From a virus (Duplodnaviria; Caudoviricetes), in the IMG/VR virus record IMGVR_UViG_3300011008_000043, positions 1 through 64,000 of that record: a stretch of DNA of 64,000 bases; one strand, written 5' to 3'. This document shows, in pieces, positions 1 through 10,682 of the stretch (position 1 is the first letter of the stretch; each line of letters begins with the position of its first letter). The notes under the pieces are model-generated. The model did no database searches. It was given only the letters and a program-made list of their open reading frames with translations, and was not told where the DNA came from. Made by a program: the position numbers and the translations under genes.

Positions 1-25
1 ATCGATTGTACCCACATCCAGAAGA

Positions 26-3000
26 TTGTCGATGGCACGATTACAAGATGCTCAAAGAAGCATTGTAGTTGTAACATTTATTTTTGCGGGAATCCTTACA
101 ACGTCGCTCAAAAACCTGACAGCGAAGGCGTGGAGAGTGGCGGTGAGGATGACGGATTTCGTCACAGCACCATTCCGAAAGCTTGTGAACATGATAAGAA
201 GCCCGATTATGATGACGCTTGGCGTTACGGGAATCACAATGGGCGCAAGCTCTTTCGTCACGACGTTTAAAGACTTCACAGCAGGAATGAGCAATGTGAA
301 AGCCCTGTCCGGCGCGACGAATGAGGAATTTGTCAAACTGACAGAGACGGCAGAAAACCTCGGTGCGACAACGAAATTCACCGCAACAGAAGCGAGCGAA
401 GGAATGCAGTACCTCGCAATGGCGGGCTGGAAAACGAATGACATAATTGCGGCGATGCCCGGATTGCTCGACCTTGCAGCGGCAGGCGGCACAAGCCTCG
501 GCACGGCGGCAGACATTGTCTCCGACGTGATGACCGCAATGGGAATGAGTGCGACGGAGGCAAGCCGTGCGGCAGACATTTTCGCCCGGACGGCGACCGG
601 CAGCAACACCACGATTGAAAACCTCGGCGAATCACTGAAGTATGCGGCCCCAGCTGCACACGCTTTCGGCCTGTCGCTCTCTGAAGCAGCGACGATTACC
701 GGCATGATGGCGAACGCGGGCGTAAAGGGCAGCATGGCAGGAACTGCTCTCCGGTCGAGCCTGCTCGGAATGGCAAGCCCGTCGAAGTCAGCGTCGGAGG
801 CGATGAGCAAACTAAATCTTTCCTTTGCAGACAGCACCGGAAAGATGAAGGATATGCGGACGATTATCAAAGACCTTAGCACAGCTTTTAGTGGACTGAC
901 GGAGCAGGAAAAGCTTACATACGCTGAAGACCTTTTCGGTACGCGTGGAAGCTCCGCATGGCTGGCGGTCATAGAACAGGGCGCAGACGAATACGAACGG
1001 CTATTCAAGGCCATTGACGACAGCAACGGCGCAGCAAAGGACATGGCGAACACTCAGCTCGACAACCTGACCGGCGACATTACGCTGCTGAACTCTGCAC
1101 TCGACGGAATGAAAATCAGTCTGATGAAAGAGCTGAACCCGTACCTGCGTAGCGCGGTTCAGTGGGTCACAGACAAAATCCCGATGATTACGGAGAAGGC
1201 CACAGAGTTGGTCACAAAGATTGTCGAGAAGGCGAAGGACATCAAGAACGCCATATCCGATGTGTTCAATAGCTCGGAATTTCAGAACGCGGAAGGATTT
1301 GCCGGAAAGTTCTTTGTTGCGTGGGATAAGCTGATCGCAGAGCCGTTCACCAACTGGTGGGAAGGCGGCGGTAAGCAGACAATTCTCGACGCGGTGGCGA
1401 AGCTCGGCAAGGGCCTCGGCGACCTGTACCACGGAATCATCAGCGGCGTATTCGCAGCCCTGAAGGGTGAAGAAGTCGATTTCGATGGAATGAACCTGAC
1501 CGGAATTGCGAAGGCGGGCGCGGAAGCGGCGAAGGCATTTATTGACAGCTTTAAAGAGGCGTTTGACCTCGGCGGGCTGGTCAACGATATGCCCGGAATG
1601 CTAAAGGCGGGCCTGTTCGGATACGGCGCGATCAAGGTTGGAACCGGAACCCTCAGCATCGCCCGGACGGTACGCGACCTGAGACTCGCTTTCGGAACCG
1701 TCGCCCCGGCAGCAGCAGAGGCCGGTGGAGCCGTCGCAAACGTTGGCGCACAGGCAGCGGCAGGCGCAGCAGGCGCAGGAAAGTTTGCCACCATGCTCGG
1801 AACCATCGGCAAAGGGTTGGCGGCTATCCCGGCATGGGGCTGGGTGGCAGCAGCTGCAATCGCGGCTGTGGCGATTGGAGTAGCGGCATATAACAAAGCG
1901 CAGCGCGAGCATGAGCAGGCGCTGTTGGACACTGGAAAAGCGGCGCAGCAGTACGAAGAGCAGTACGTGGAGACGGCGCAGAACATCGAACGGGCAATGG
2001 CTACGATGGATGAGATCAAGAAAATTGATCTGCTCATCGAAGAAAACAAGGGCGGCAACGCCGAAACCATAGCCCGCGTCAAAGAAGAGCTGGAAAGTGT
2101 ACTGGACAAGAAGGTACTGATCGAAGCGCAGTTCGCAAGAGGCGATATCACGAAAGAGGAATACGATGCGCTTATGGCCCAAATTGTTGACAAGACTGTT
2201 CAGATCAAGGCAGAGCTTATCAAAGAGGGTTACAATGAAGCAACGGCACAGCAGATCATTGACCAGTACAACGGAATTGCGGAAGGCCAGAAAACGATCA
2301 CGCTGATACTGGCAGCAAAAACCGATCTTACGCCAGACCAGATTCAAGAGTATGTTACCCGCCTTTCGGAGCTGATGGAAACGAAGACGGAGAAAGAGCT
2401 GTATATCAAGGGCAGCGGAATGACTGCCAATGAGATAAAGGCGTTGAAAGAGGATTACGATGCGATCAAGACCCGTACGGCAGAGCTTGAAATCCAAATC
2501 AATAAAGGACAGGGAACCATGTCCGATGATGAGTGGAACAGCCTCGTAACAGAATACAATTCACTCGTACAGCAATCCGGTGAGATAGAGATCATGCTAA
2601 AAGGTTCGGAAGCTAACGCGGAAGAAATAAAGCAGGCTCAGGACGAAGTAGCAAAGCTGAAAGGCGAAGCGGAAGGTATTCTCCTAAAACTCGGATACGA
2701 TGAGGGAAGCGATCTGACTCAGAGCGATTTGAACGAGATAGCTGGAACGCTCGCAGAGATTGGGGACAAGACGTTTGCAGCAAATGTCGCCTTGCATAAC
2801 ACGGGGATGTCCAAAAAAGAAATGCAGGCCCTTATCGATAAGCAGAACGAGCTGTATCGTACGATGGTCGAAACATCCGGAGGGGTGTATACCAAGAGAG
2901 ACGTAGAAACCGGCAGAATCACTCAGGAAGATTTCGACTACTGGATGAAAGATCAGGCAGCGAAGGCAGCCATTGAGCTGGCGTCCTTCAACGCTCAGAT

Positions 3001-4714
3001 CAAGGAAGATCGTGAAAACATCCCAGAGTTGGTTGAGAAGCGCAATACAGCGCGGGCAGCACAGGAAGCAGAAGACGCCGGATACCGGGCTGCTGTGTCT
3101 GATAAACAGTTCCTTAACGATCTTGAAAATAAGCGTCAGTCAGCACTTTACACTTATCTCAATTCGGAACAAACCGAAGCGGATTATGATAAATTGATGG
3201 CTGTCGGTTCGGAGATCAAAGAGGCTGGAAAGAACTATCAGTGGTCTGATCTTTTGGGCGCGCCGATGAATTTCGAAGCAATCCAACCGGAAGAATTGTT
3301 CGGGAAAACGACTGGCGGATGGTTCGGCACAGGGCTCTTCGGGCACTGGGAAGCCGACAAAACTCTGAACCCGTTCGGCAGTGCAATGGACGATCTGAAT
3401 CAACAGACAGACAGATGGATTGATAGAAGCGAGGAATACGGCGCTCAGGCCAACACATACGACGAAAGCCTGAACCGCCATTACCAGAACGAAGTCCGGG
3501 CGCAAGAGTTGAACGCATTCTCTGAACTCGGCTTTGAATCTGGGTTGACAACATCAACGGTTCAGGAAATGGCAAATAATTTCGCGAATCTTGATACGGC
3601 AGCGCAGGCCGCTTTCGTGAACGCTCTGGCTGGAATCCAGCAGCTTAACACGGAATCGGACTACATTGCGGAAGACCAGAAGGTGAACGTAAAGCAGGCA
3701 TACGAGACAGCGCAGAAGTCCATTACAGACAGCGGCTCGAAAGCCGTGCTTAACGACATCACAACGGAGCTAACGCATCTGAAAGCGACATACGATCAGT
3801 TTGGGACAGACGCACAAGGGAAGACGCTTATTCCAGAGGCACACGCGGAGACAGCAAAAGCAGACCTCGACGCGATAAACGCCGCACTGGAAAGCCTGAA
3901 CCTTGACAAAATATCCGACCTGAGCGAGATCGGAAGCGCGATTGAGCAGATCAACGCGCTCGACCCGTCCGTGATTTCCGATATGGACGCGACAGGGGTA
4001 GAAGCCGTTGCAGCCGCGTTGGAAGGCATTGGAGGCAGCGCAGAAGAAACCATATCGAAGCTGGAAGAAACGAAAGCAGCAGCGGAAGCCCTCAGACAGA
4101 CCTATGAAATGATTATCGAGGATAACGGTCAGGAAGCGGCGGCAAACTGTGCTGCCGCTGGAGCAGCAGCAGAAGGCGCAGCAGGAACCTACTACATCGA
4201 CATCATTACCAGATACTCATCACAAGGAGCGAAGGGCTCTGGTTATCCACAATTACCGCAAATCCCTATCCCCGGTGAAGCAAAGGGCGGTATTTTCGAT
4301 GGAGCTTTCCTCTCGTGGGTAGCAGAGGACGGCCCGGAGGCGATCATCCCGCTCGGCAGCGACAAGCGCGACCGTGGCCTCGATCTATGGCTGAAAGCCG
4401 GACAGATGATGGGCGTAGCAGAGTTCGCCAACGGCGGCATCATGGCCCCGTACACGGGACTGTTTGAAGATGCTCCTGACGATTTCTGGGACGACGACTC
4501 TCCGCGAGAGCTTCCACAGGCAAGCCCGAACAAGAGCAGCAGCGGAAACACGTTCGAGATCATTGTCGAAGCGCATCCGACGTTCGAGATTGAGAACACC
4601 GGCGACGGCGAAGACATACTCGAAAAGCTCAGGTATCACCAGAAAGAGCTGGCTGAAATGTTCGGCGGCGCAATCGCTGACCAGATGGCAGACATCGTAG
4701 CAAACATGGTATAA
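26..4714 (+). CDS. Tail tape measure protein (TP901-family core), 5' end probably outside the window
   Basis: 1562-aa ORF. Typical TMP core (ALSGATNEEFVKLTETAENLGATTKFTATEASEGMQYLAMAGW...), long helical Ala-rich body, C-terminal 'AKGGIF...AEDGPEAIIPL'. The frame has no stop upstream to base 2. Confidence 0.93.
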   Translation: MSMARLQDAQRSIVVVTFIFAGILTTSLKNLTAKAWRVAVRMTDFVTAPFRKLVNMIRSPIMMTLGVTGITMGASSFVTTFKDFTAGMSNVKALSGATNEEFVKLTETAENLGATTKFTATEASEGMQYLAMAGWKTNDIIAAMPGLLDLAAAGGTSLGTAADIVSDVMTAMGMSATEASRAADIFARTATGSNTTIENLGESLKYAAPAAHAFGLSLSEAATITGMMANAGVKGSMAGTALRSSLLGMASPSKSASEAMSKLNLSFADSTGKMKDMRTIIKDLSTAFSGLTEQEKLTYAEDLFGTRGSSAWLAVIEQGADEYERLFKAIDDSNGAAKDMANTQLDNLTGDITLLNSALDGMKISLMKELNPYLRSAVQWVTDKIPMITEKATELVTKIVEKAKDIKNAISDVFNSSEFQNAEGFAGKFFVAWDKLIAEPFTNWWEGGGKQTILDAVAKLGKGLGDLYHGIISGVFAALKGEEVDFDGMNLTGIAKAGAEAAKAFIDSFKEAFDLGGLVNDMPGMLKAGLFGYGAIKVGTGTLSIARTVRDLRLAFGTVAPAAAEAGGAVANVGAQAAAGAAGAGKFATMLGTIGKGLAAIPAWGWVAAAAIAAVAIGVAAYNKAQREHEQALLDTGKAAQQYEEQYVETAQNIERAMATMDEIKKIDLLIEENKGGNAETIARVKEELESVLDKKVLIEAQFARGDITKEEYDALMAQIVDKTVQIKAELIKEGYNEATAQQIIDQYNGIAEGQKTITLILAAKTDLTPDQIQEYVTRLSELMETKTEKELYIKGSGMTANEIKALKEDYDAIKTRTAELEIQINKGQGTMSDDEWNSLVTEYNSLVQQSGEIEIMLKGSEANAEEIKQAQDEVAKLKGEAEGILLKLGYDEGSDLTQSDLNEIAGTLAEIGDKTFAANVALHNTGMSKKEMQALIDKQNELYRTMVETSGGVYTKRDVETGRITQEDFDYWMKDQAAKAAIELASFNAQIKEDRENIPELVEKRNTARAAQEAEDAGYRAAVSDKQFLNDLENKRQSALYTYLNSEQTEADYDKLMAVGSEIKEAGKNYQWSDLLGAPMNFEAIQPEELFGKTTGGWFGTGLFGHWEADKTLNPFGSAMDDLNQQTDRWIDRSEEYGAQANTYDESLNRHYQNEVRAQELNAFSELGFESGLTTSTVQEMANNFANLDTAAQAAFVNALAGIQQLNTESDYIAEDQKVNVKQAYETAQKSITDSGSKAVLNDITTELTHLKATYDQFGTDAQGKTLIPEAHAETAKADLDAINAALESLNLDKISDLSEIGSAIEQINALDPSVISDMDATGVEAVAAALEGIGGSAEETISKLEETKAAAEALRQTYEMIIEDNGQEAAANCAAAGAAAEGAAGTYYIDIITRYSSQGAKGSGYPQLPQIPIPGEAKGGIFDGAFLSWVAEDGPEAIIPLGSDKRDRGLDLWLKAGQMMGVAEFANGGIMAPYTGLFEDAPDDFWDDDSPRELPQASPNKSSSGNTFEIIVEAHPTFEIENTGDGEDILEKLRYHQKELAEMFGGAIADQMADIVANMV

Positions 4715-4730
4715 GAAGGGAGGATGGCAC

Positions 4731-5630
4731 ATGGAATTCTATCTTACTTGCGAAGGTGACAAACTGCACCTGCCTCTCTCCCCGGACAACATCACGGTAA
4801 AACAGGGAACTCTGGCCCTGTCTTTCCAGATCATAAAAACCGGCGAACACAAGATACCCCGTGGCAATTCTGTCACGGGGTATTCTTGGAATGGAGTGTT
4901 CCCAGACCAGAGCATGGCAAAGCTGGGATTTGTGAAAGACTGGCAGTCACCGCCCCGAATCATTGAGAAGATCGAAGGCTGGATGCTGAAGAACAAGGTG
5001 ATACGCTTCCTTGTGACGGACACCGGAATCAACAGCGACGTTATTATTGACACGTTCAGCTACACATACGTAGGGACAGGCCGTGCGAATTACAGCCTGT
5101 CCCTATCGTCGTACAGGCCGCTGGAAGTCACCAACGCACCGCCACAGCCGGAAGTCGTGATACCGAAAGCCGCATCGAACAGTACATCGGCAGACTCCAG
5201 CGCATCCTCGACAGCGGCGCCGTCTTCTGGCGATGGAGGTGGCAGCACGGGCCAGAGCAGCAACAGCACAGACCCGAAAAAGAAGCAGCCTCTTTCCGTA
5301 TCCATACCGACAACAAAGCTGACAGGCATCGCCACGGCAGCTGCGAAGACCGCTCTCGTAAACGCGGTTCGGAACGTCAACGGCACGTTGCAGGTGGCGA
5401 CGGCAGCGCAGGCCGCTGCCGCATCGTTATCCAACGCTGTAAGCGGTGCAATGAAGAGCATACTGACAAAGAACGTGAATACAAACACAGGGTCAACGTC
5501 AAAGACCCCGGCAGTAAAAGCCCCGGCAGCGACTACAATAGTGAAATCAACGGCAACGTCACCAGCATTGCAAACGCTGAACTCGAAGCTCTCAGCGAAA
5601 GGATATGCGGTCACGCCTGCGAAAAAGTAG
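4731..5630 (+). CDS. XkdP-like tail tube initiator/baseplate protein with a long low-complexity Ala/Ser/Thr C-terminus
   Basis: Directly follows the TMP. N-terminus 'LHLPLSPDNITVKQG...YSWNGVFP' resembles XkdP-type proteins. RBS GGAGG upstream. Confidence 0.65.
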   Translation: MEFYLTCEGDKLHLPLSPDNITVKQGTLALSFQIIKTGEHKIPRGNSVTGYSWNGVFPDQSMAKLGFVKDWQSPPRIIEKIEGWMLKNKVIRFLVTDTGINSDVIIDTFSYTYVGTGRANYSLSLSSYRPLEVTNAPPQPEVVIPKAASNSTSADSSASSTAAPSSGDGGGSTGQSSNSTDPKKKQPLSVSIPTTKLTGIATAAAKTALVNAVRNVNGTLQVATAAQAAAASLSNAVSGAMKSILTKNVNTNTGSTSKTPAVKAPAATTIVKSTATSPALQTLNSKLSAKGYAVTPAKK

Positions 5631-5646
5631 CAAGGTGGTGTAGACG

Positions 5647-6666
5647 ATGGCAACATATACCGTCACGAAGAAGGATATATCCAAGATCAGCTATAACGTG
5701 GTTGCGGTGCTTTCCAGCGGGAACCAGATCAACCTCGATGAAGTGGCGACGAACATAGCGTGGGAGGAAAACGAAAGCGAGCTGGCAACCCGGCTCAATA
5801 TTACCATCCGGGACGTTGAGGTGAACGGGAAACGCCTCGCAACTCAGATCGCGCTATGCACAGCCGTTCTGCTGTACTACGACGATGGAGACGGGTACAA
5901 AGAGGCTTTCCGAGGGACAGTCTGGGAGTGGTCGCATTCCGGCGTGAAGGACGACGAAATCATTATCACGGCATACGATATGCTGTTCTACCTGCAAAAG
6001 AGCGACGATTACGGATTCTATGAGGCCGGAAAGACGACTCAGGAGATATGCCAGAGCATCCTGAACGACTGGGGCGTACCAGTCGGAGAATACAGCGCAC
6101 CGTCGATCAATCACGAGAAGGAAGTCCTGAAGACAAAGAAGATCAGCGCACTGCTGACGGAAATCCTGAAGAAAGCGGAGCTGATGACCGGCGCGAAGGG
6201 AATCATCCGGGCGAATCAGGGGAAGTGCGACATTATCAAGTACGGCACGAACTCGGAAATCTGGACGTTCTCTGCGGACACGAATTTGATGAGTGTCGCC
6301 GACAAGTACAGCATGACCGACCTGATTACCCGTGTGACGATCCTCGGTAAAGAGGATACAGAAGGCGAAAGCCGTCCACCCGTATATGCAGTCAGAGACG
6401 GCTCGACGCAGTACGGAACGCTGCAAAAGATCATCAGCATCGGCAGTGCGACGGAAGAGGCAGCTACGCAGGACGCAGAGAACACCCTGAAGGAAAAAGG
6501 AAAACCGACGCGACGAATAACACTGGTGGCACCGGATTTTCCACGCATCCGCAAGGGAGACAGAATCCGGCTGCTGACAGATATGGTAGACGGTTATTTC
6601 TTCGTGATGACGATCAGCCACAACGCCACGAATCAGCAGATGCAGATGGAGGTGGAGCCGTTATGA
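5647..6666 (+). CDS. XkdQ/YqbQ-like baseplate hub protein
   Basis: 339 aa, 'AYDMLFYLQKS', 'YSMTDLITRVTILG', 'IRKGDRI' motifs. Position in the TMP-P-Q-R-S-T gene order. Confidence 0.75.
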   Translation: MATYTVTKKDISKISYNVVAVLSSGNQINLDEVATNIAWEENESELATRLNITIRDVEVNGKRLATQIALCTAVLLYYDDGDGYKEAFRGTVWEWSHSGVKDDEIIITAYDMLFYLQKSDDYGFYEAGKTTQEICQSILNDWGVPVGEYSAPSINHEKEVLKTKKISALLTEILKKAELMTGAKGIIRANQGKCDIIKYGTNSEIWTFSADTNLMSVADKYSMTDLITRVTILGKEDTEGESRPPVYAVRDGSTQYGTLQKIISIGSATEEAATQDAENTLKEKGKPTRRITLVAPDFPRIRKGDRIRLLTDMVDGYFFVMTISHNATNQQMQMEVEPL

Positions 6667-7136
6667 GCCTCGGCGACAACAGCCCCGGAATCAGCCGTTT
6701 AACGGGTTTAATGAAGGAGATAGCGGAGCAGCAGAAAGATACCTCCCTGATGCTCGACTTCGGGCTTATCATGGACGATATGAGCCTGCTGACGAACAAT
6801 TTCCCGGAACCGATACCAGCGAAGGATTACATGGTCTGCCGGTGCGCGGCACTGAAGGACGAAGAGATTGTCAGCACGAGCGGACATGATCACGATGTAA
6901 AAAGCGTAGGCTACAGCCTGAATCTGGCAGAAGGCGGCGACCCGGCTCATACGCACGAAAAGACAAGCGGTTCAGTATTCGCACACAAAACAGTTGACGC
7001 AACGGACAGCGTGAACATAGCGCGTCCATCCCAGCGAAAAATACAGCCGGGAGACAGGGTGCTTGTGGCATGGGTGCAGAATGATGCTGTCGTGATAGAC
7101 ATCATTCTACAGGCAAATGAAATACCGTGGCTGTGA
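6663..7136 (+). CDS. XkdR-like (DUF2577-type) baseplate spike protein
   Basis: C-terminal 'IQPGDRVLVAWVQNDAVVID' OB-fold end, His-rich segment, synteny. Confidence 0.65.
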   Translation: MSLGDNSPGISRLTGLMKEIAEQQKDTSLMLDFGLIMDDMSLLTNNFPEPIPAKDYMVCRCAALKDEEIVSTSGHDHDVKSVGYSLNLAEGGDPAHTHEKTSGSVFAHKTVDATDSVNIARPSQRKIQPGDRVLVAWVQNDAVVIDIILQANEIPWL

Positions 7137-7147
7137 GGTGAGAAGAA

Positions 7148-7594
7148 GTGGCGAAGCAACTATTCCCCACATTTGAAATTCCGACGATCACAAGAGAGAC
7201 AGAGAACACAAGAGAAGGCTACTACTGGCCCGGCCCGCTGTTCGACTTCGAGAAGGGCGATTTCGTGCTGAACGGCGCTGGACAGGTGGTCATGGTAGAC
7301 GGGAACGATGAATTCACGCTCTGGTGCGTGAAATGCGTGAACACACAGCTTGGCGCAAGCCTCGCGTACCCGGAATTCGGCGTGGACATAGAGGGCGCGA
7401 TGAACCTGCCGACAATAGACGCAGCGACGGCAGAGCTGGAAAGGAGCATCACAGATGCCCTGATGAAGAACCCGCGCACGGAACGTGTGTACGGGTTCGA
7501 GTTTTCCAGAAGCCCGGACGAACTGTACGTCAAATTTGTCGTCAAGCCGTATTCGCTTGAGGCGTTTGATATCATGATGAACATTGTGGCCTGA
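7148..7594 (+). CDS. XkdS-like (DUF2634/gp25-like) baseplate wedge protein
   Basis: 'FDFEKGDFVLNG', 'YPEFGVDIE', 'ERSITDALMKNPRTERV' motifs; synteny. Confidence 0.75.
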   Translation: MAKQLFPTFEIPTITRETENTREGYYWPGPLFDFEKGDFVLNGAGQVVMVDGNDEFTLWCVKCVNTQLGASLAYPEFGVDIEGAMNLPTIDAATAELERSITDALMKNPRTERVYGFEFSRSPDELYVKFVVKPYSLEAFDIMMNIVA

Positions 7595-7611
7595 CAGGGA
7601 GGTGAAAGAAA

Positions 7612-8772
7612 ATGGCAATAGAAGCATCGAGCTACACGCCCCCGGAAATCCTCGACGATATGGACATAGACGAAATCCATAGCCGGATGCTGTCCGAGCT
7701 GCCGCAGAACCTCGATCAGACGGAAGGCGGCTTCATATGGGATATGACAAGGCCCAGTGCAATGGAGAAGTCCTATACGATGTCGGCGTTGAACGCGGTC
7801 GTGCAGATGATCTTCCCGGAATGGGCAGAAGGCATTATTCTGGATTACCACGCGAAGCGGAATGGCATCGCCAGAAAAGAAGCATCAAAGGCAACGGGAA
7901 CCGTCCACATCGTGGGGACAGGAAACGTCCTGATACCGCTTGGCTATGTGTTCAGTACACCGGGAACCACACTGACGACTGCGGTCACATTCGAGGCGAC
8001 GGAAGCCGTCACGCTGGAATACGACGAAGACGAAGGTGCCTATATCGCGGACGTGCCGGTCATCTGTCAGGAAGCAGGACTGATCGGGAACGTTCCAGCC
8101 TACGGAATTTCGGTGATGGCAGTGCCGCTCTCCGGCATCACGGAGCTGTACAACGAAAACAGCCTGACGGACGGAACGGATGAAGAGAGCGACGATGAAC
8201 TCCGGGAACGCGTCATGGAGTTCGACAGAAACCAGAACGTCAGCTACATCGGGAACGATTACGACTATAAACGCTGGGCCATGGAGATTGACGGCGTAGG
8301 CAGCGCGAGCGCCATCCGGGAATGGCAAGGCCACGGAACCGGAACTGTCAAGGTCATCATATTGAGTCAGGCAGGCGGGCAGGCTTCCAGCGCACTGATT
8401 CAGGCGGTGTACGATCATATCATGGGAACGGACGAAGAGCCGAACACAAGGCTCGCGCCCATCGGAGCGATTCTCACGGTTACGACGGGCCAGCCCATGA
8501 CGATCAATCTTACGGCGAACGTAGAGCTGGAAGAGGATTACACCGTTGAGACAGTGGAGGCCGGATTCAAGACGCTGCTGACAGAGTATTTCGACACAGC
8601 GAAGGAAGAAGGCGAAGTCAAGTACAGCCGGATTGCCAGATGCCTGAGTGAAACCCCCGGCGTAGCGGACTTCCGGCAACTGCTGGTGAACGGAACGCGA
8701 GACAATCTGACGGTCGGAGTAGAAGACCTGCCGGTCGTTACATCGCTCACACTGACTGAAATGGAGGTGTAA
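7612..8772 (+). CDS. Baseplate J-like protein (XkdT)
   Basis: 'EGGFIWDMTRP', 'DGTDEESDDELRER', 'GNDYDYKRWAMEIDGVG...GTGTVKV' baseplate-J motifs. Confidence 0.9.
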   Translation: MAIEASSYTPPEILDDMDIDEIHSRMLSELPQNLDQTEGGFIWDMTRPSAMEKSYTMSALNAVVQMIFPEWAEGIILDYHAKRNGIARKEASKATGTVHIVGTGNVLIPLGYVFSTPGTTLTTAVTFEATEAVTLEYDEDEGAYIADVPVICQEAGLIGNVPAYGISVMAVPLSGITELYNENSLTDGTDEESDDELRERVMEFDRNQNVSYIGNDYDYKRWAMEIDGVGSASAIREWQGHGTGTVKVIILSQAGGQASSALIQAVYDHIMGTDEEPNTRLAPIGAILTVTTGQPMTINLTANVELEEDYTVETVEAGFKTLLTEYFDTAKEEGEVKYSRIARCLSETPGVADFRQLLVNGTRDNLTVGVEDLPVVTSLTLTEMEV

Positions 8773-8775
8773 CCG

Positions 8776-9819
8776 ATGGCGAACAGCGACGGACAGACCT
8801 ACAAAGAAATGATCGTCCAAAGCACAGCCGCGAAACGCATGATCGAAATGGCCTCCCCTATTTACGAGGACAGTTACGTCGGAAGCTGGATATTCGAAAT
8901 TCTTGGGCGGTCATGGGATGAAGTCTGGGAAATCATAGACGATATGCCGAACCAGCTTTTCCCGCATATGGTGACATGGCTGATTGACCTGTGGGAGCGG
9001 AGATACGGCATCACGCCGAACATTGGAGATGATCTGGATACCCGGCGACGGCGGCTGCTGGAGGCAGAAGCACAACCACAGCCGTTTACTCCGTGGGCGT
9101 TAGACCAGTACGTGTACGCTCAATGCGGACGGCACGTAGTCGTAGATGAGCATATCGCCCCGTACACGTTCGGCGTTTACATCGTGGACAATGTAGACGC
9201 GCTTCCGCTGGACTATTCCAAAGTCCGCAGGCATATCATTAAGCACAAGCACAGCCATATGAGCTTCGAGCTGTTCTCGGAGAGCGACGAAAAGATCACG
9301 ATCAAGAGCGAAACCATGTACTGGAAATTCCGGTACAGGCAGGCGGGTACAGAGCCGTACCGGAACGTTCTGGTCGGAGTAGAGCGGAGCGAGATCGAAA
9401 TCCAGACGGAAGGCGAAGCTCACAAGATCGAATACGTTATGGCTGGTGTTGAAAAAACCGGTACGAAACCAAGAACGAATACGCTCGTTGCTATTGAACG
9501 AAGCGAAATCAACGTCGAGACGGCTGGAACCGGATACAAGCATCCATACCAGATGACGGGAACTGAAAAGACCGGCACAAAGCCAAAGACAAATACGATT
9601 GTTGCTATCGAAAGAAGCAAACTCACTGCTGAGACAGACAGCACTGGATACAGGTATTCGTACCCGATGGCAGGAACCGAAAACGCTGGTGTTCTCCCGG
9701 AAGTGAATATCAGCACTGGAATTAAGGGCAAAGAGGCTCAGATTTCGAGCAGCGGAAAAGCATATTGGATACGTTACCCCCCTTGCGGCACGATGAAAGC
9801 CGGTGGGGAAATTTTGTAG
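8776..9819 (+). CDS. XkdU/YmfQ-like (DUF2313) baseplate protein with C-terminal ~38-aa tandem repeats
   Basis: 'LIDLWERRYGITP...LDTRRRRL' motif followed by repeated 'xAGTEKTGTKPxTNTxVAIERS...Y' units. Confidence 0.7.
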   Translation: MANSDGQTYKEMIVQSTAAKRMIEMASPIYEDSYVGSWIFEILGRSWDEVWEIIDDMPNQLFPHMVTWLIDLWERRYGITPNIGDDLDTRRRRLLEAEAQPQPFTPWALDQYVYAQCGRHVVVDEHIAPYTFGVYIVDNVDALPLDYSKVRRHIIKHKHSHMSFELFSESDEKITIKSETMYWKFRYRQAGTEPYRNVLVGVERSEIEIQTEGEAHKIEYVMAGVEKTGTKPRTNTLVAIERSEINVETAGTGYKHPYQMTGTEKTGTKPKTNTIVAIERSKLTAETDSTGYRYSYPMAGTENAGVLPEVNISTGIKGKEAQISSSGKAYWIRYPPCGTMKAGGEIL

Positions 9820-9843
9820 TATCGACAGAAGGGAGAAGAAACC

Positions 9844-10155
9844 ATGCTCACAACAGCAGCACTGACCGGATTCAAGAACCACATTCTGAAATACGTCACG
9901 GCAGCCAGATACAAAGTCGGCAGCACATATTACAACGGGGAAATCCAGAACGCGCAAATCCTCTCGGACGGGCGGGTGGCGGTCGACGTGAAGATTGACC
10001 ACACCCTGAGCGGAAATATCACGGTGACAGAAGTTCAGCTCTACGACAGGAACGGCAACCTCTGGGCGAAGAAGGCAGACAGCGTTTCCCGCGCAGACTC
10101 GCAGGAAGGGATTCTGTACCGGTTCGCCTTTACCATTACGGAAGAGGAAATCTAA
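9844..10155 (+). CDS. Tail/baseplate-associated protein
   Basis: 103-aa ORF with RBS in the tail operon; 'ITVTEVQLYDRNG' resembles tail-fibre N-terminal adaptors. Confidence 0.55.
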   Translation: MLTTAALTGFKNHILKYVTAARYKVGSTYYNGEIQNAQILSDGRVAVDVKIDHTLSGNITVTEVQLYDRNGNLWAKKADSVSRADSQEGILYRFAFTITEEEI

Positions 10156-10175
10156 CGGGAAGGAGGTAAAAGGTC

Positions 10176-10682
10176 ATGAACTATTCTGTAATCGGCTGGC
10201 AGGATCACGAGACGGAGTATAGCGACAGGTACACGGAAACCACGAACAGTGACGGCACGATAACCCATACCAAAGTCGAGGGTGAAGTCATTGAAGAAGG
10301 AACCCCGATGTCAGCTACCAACTTCGGCAAGATGGATGGCGGGATTTTACAGAACGCGATTGTCCACGCCATGATGTTGAACGCTTTCCGGCAGCTCGGC
10401 TGGCGCACTGAGGATTTGGAGAAGGCGACGGTTCAGGAAACCGGCAGCAAGACGCTGACGAATACCGGCAAATTCCTGAACAACAATTCGCAGGTTTCCG
10501 CCGCGCTGCAAAACGTGAGAGACAACCTGAATTACGTTGTCGTGATTATTAGCGTCGAGGGAAGCGGAAACATCGGAGAGATCGAGATCAAAGACCGGCA
10601 GGTCAATGGATTCAAGATCGGTTTCACAGGCAGCGCAAAGAGCGCGACAGTAACTTATGCAGTGATTGGAGGGTATGATTAA
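10176..10682 (+). CDS. Tail fibre-associated protein
   Basis: 'WQDH...GEVIEEGTPMSATNF' motif typical of tail proteins upstream of DGR targets. Confidence 0.55.
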   Translation: MNYSVIGWQDHETEYSDRYTETTNSDGTITHTKVEGEVIEEGTPMSATNFGKMDGGILQNAIVHAMMLNAFRQLGWRTEDLEKATVQETGSKTLTNTGKFLNNNSQVSAALQNVRDNLNYVVVIISVEGSGNIGEIEIKDRQVNGFKIGFTGSAKSATVTYAVIGGYD

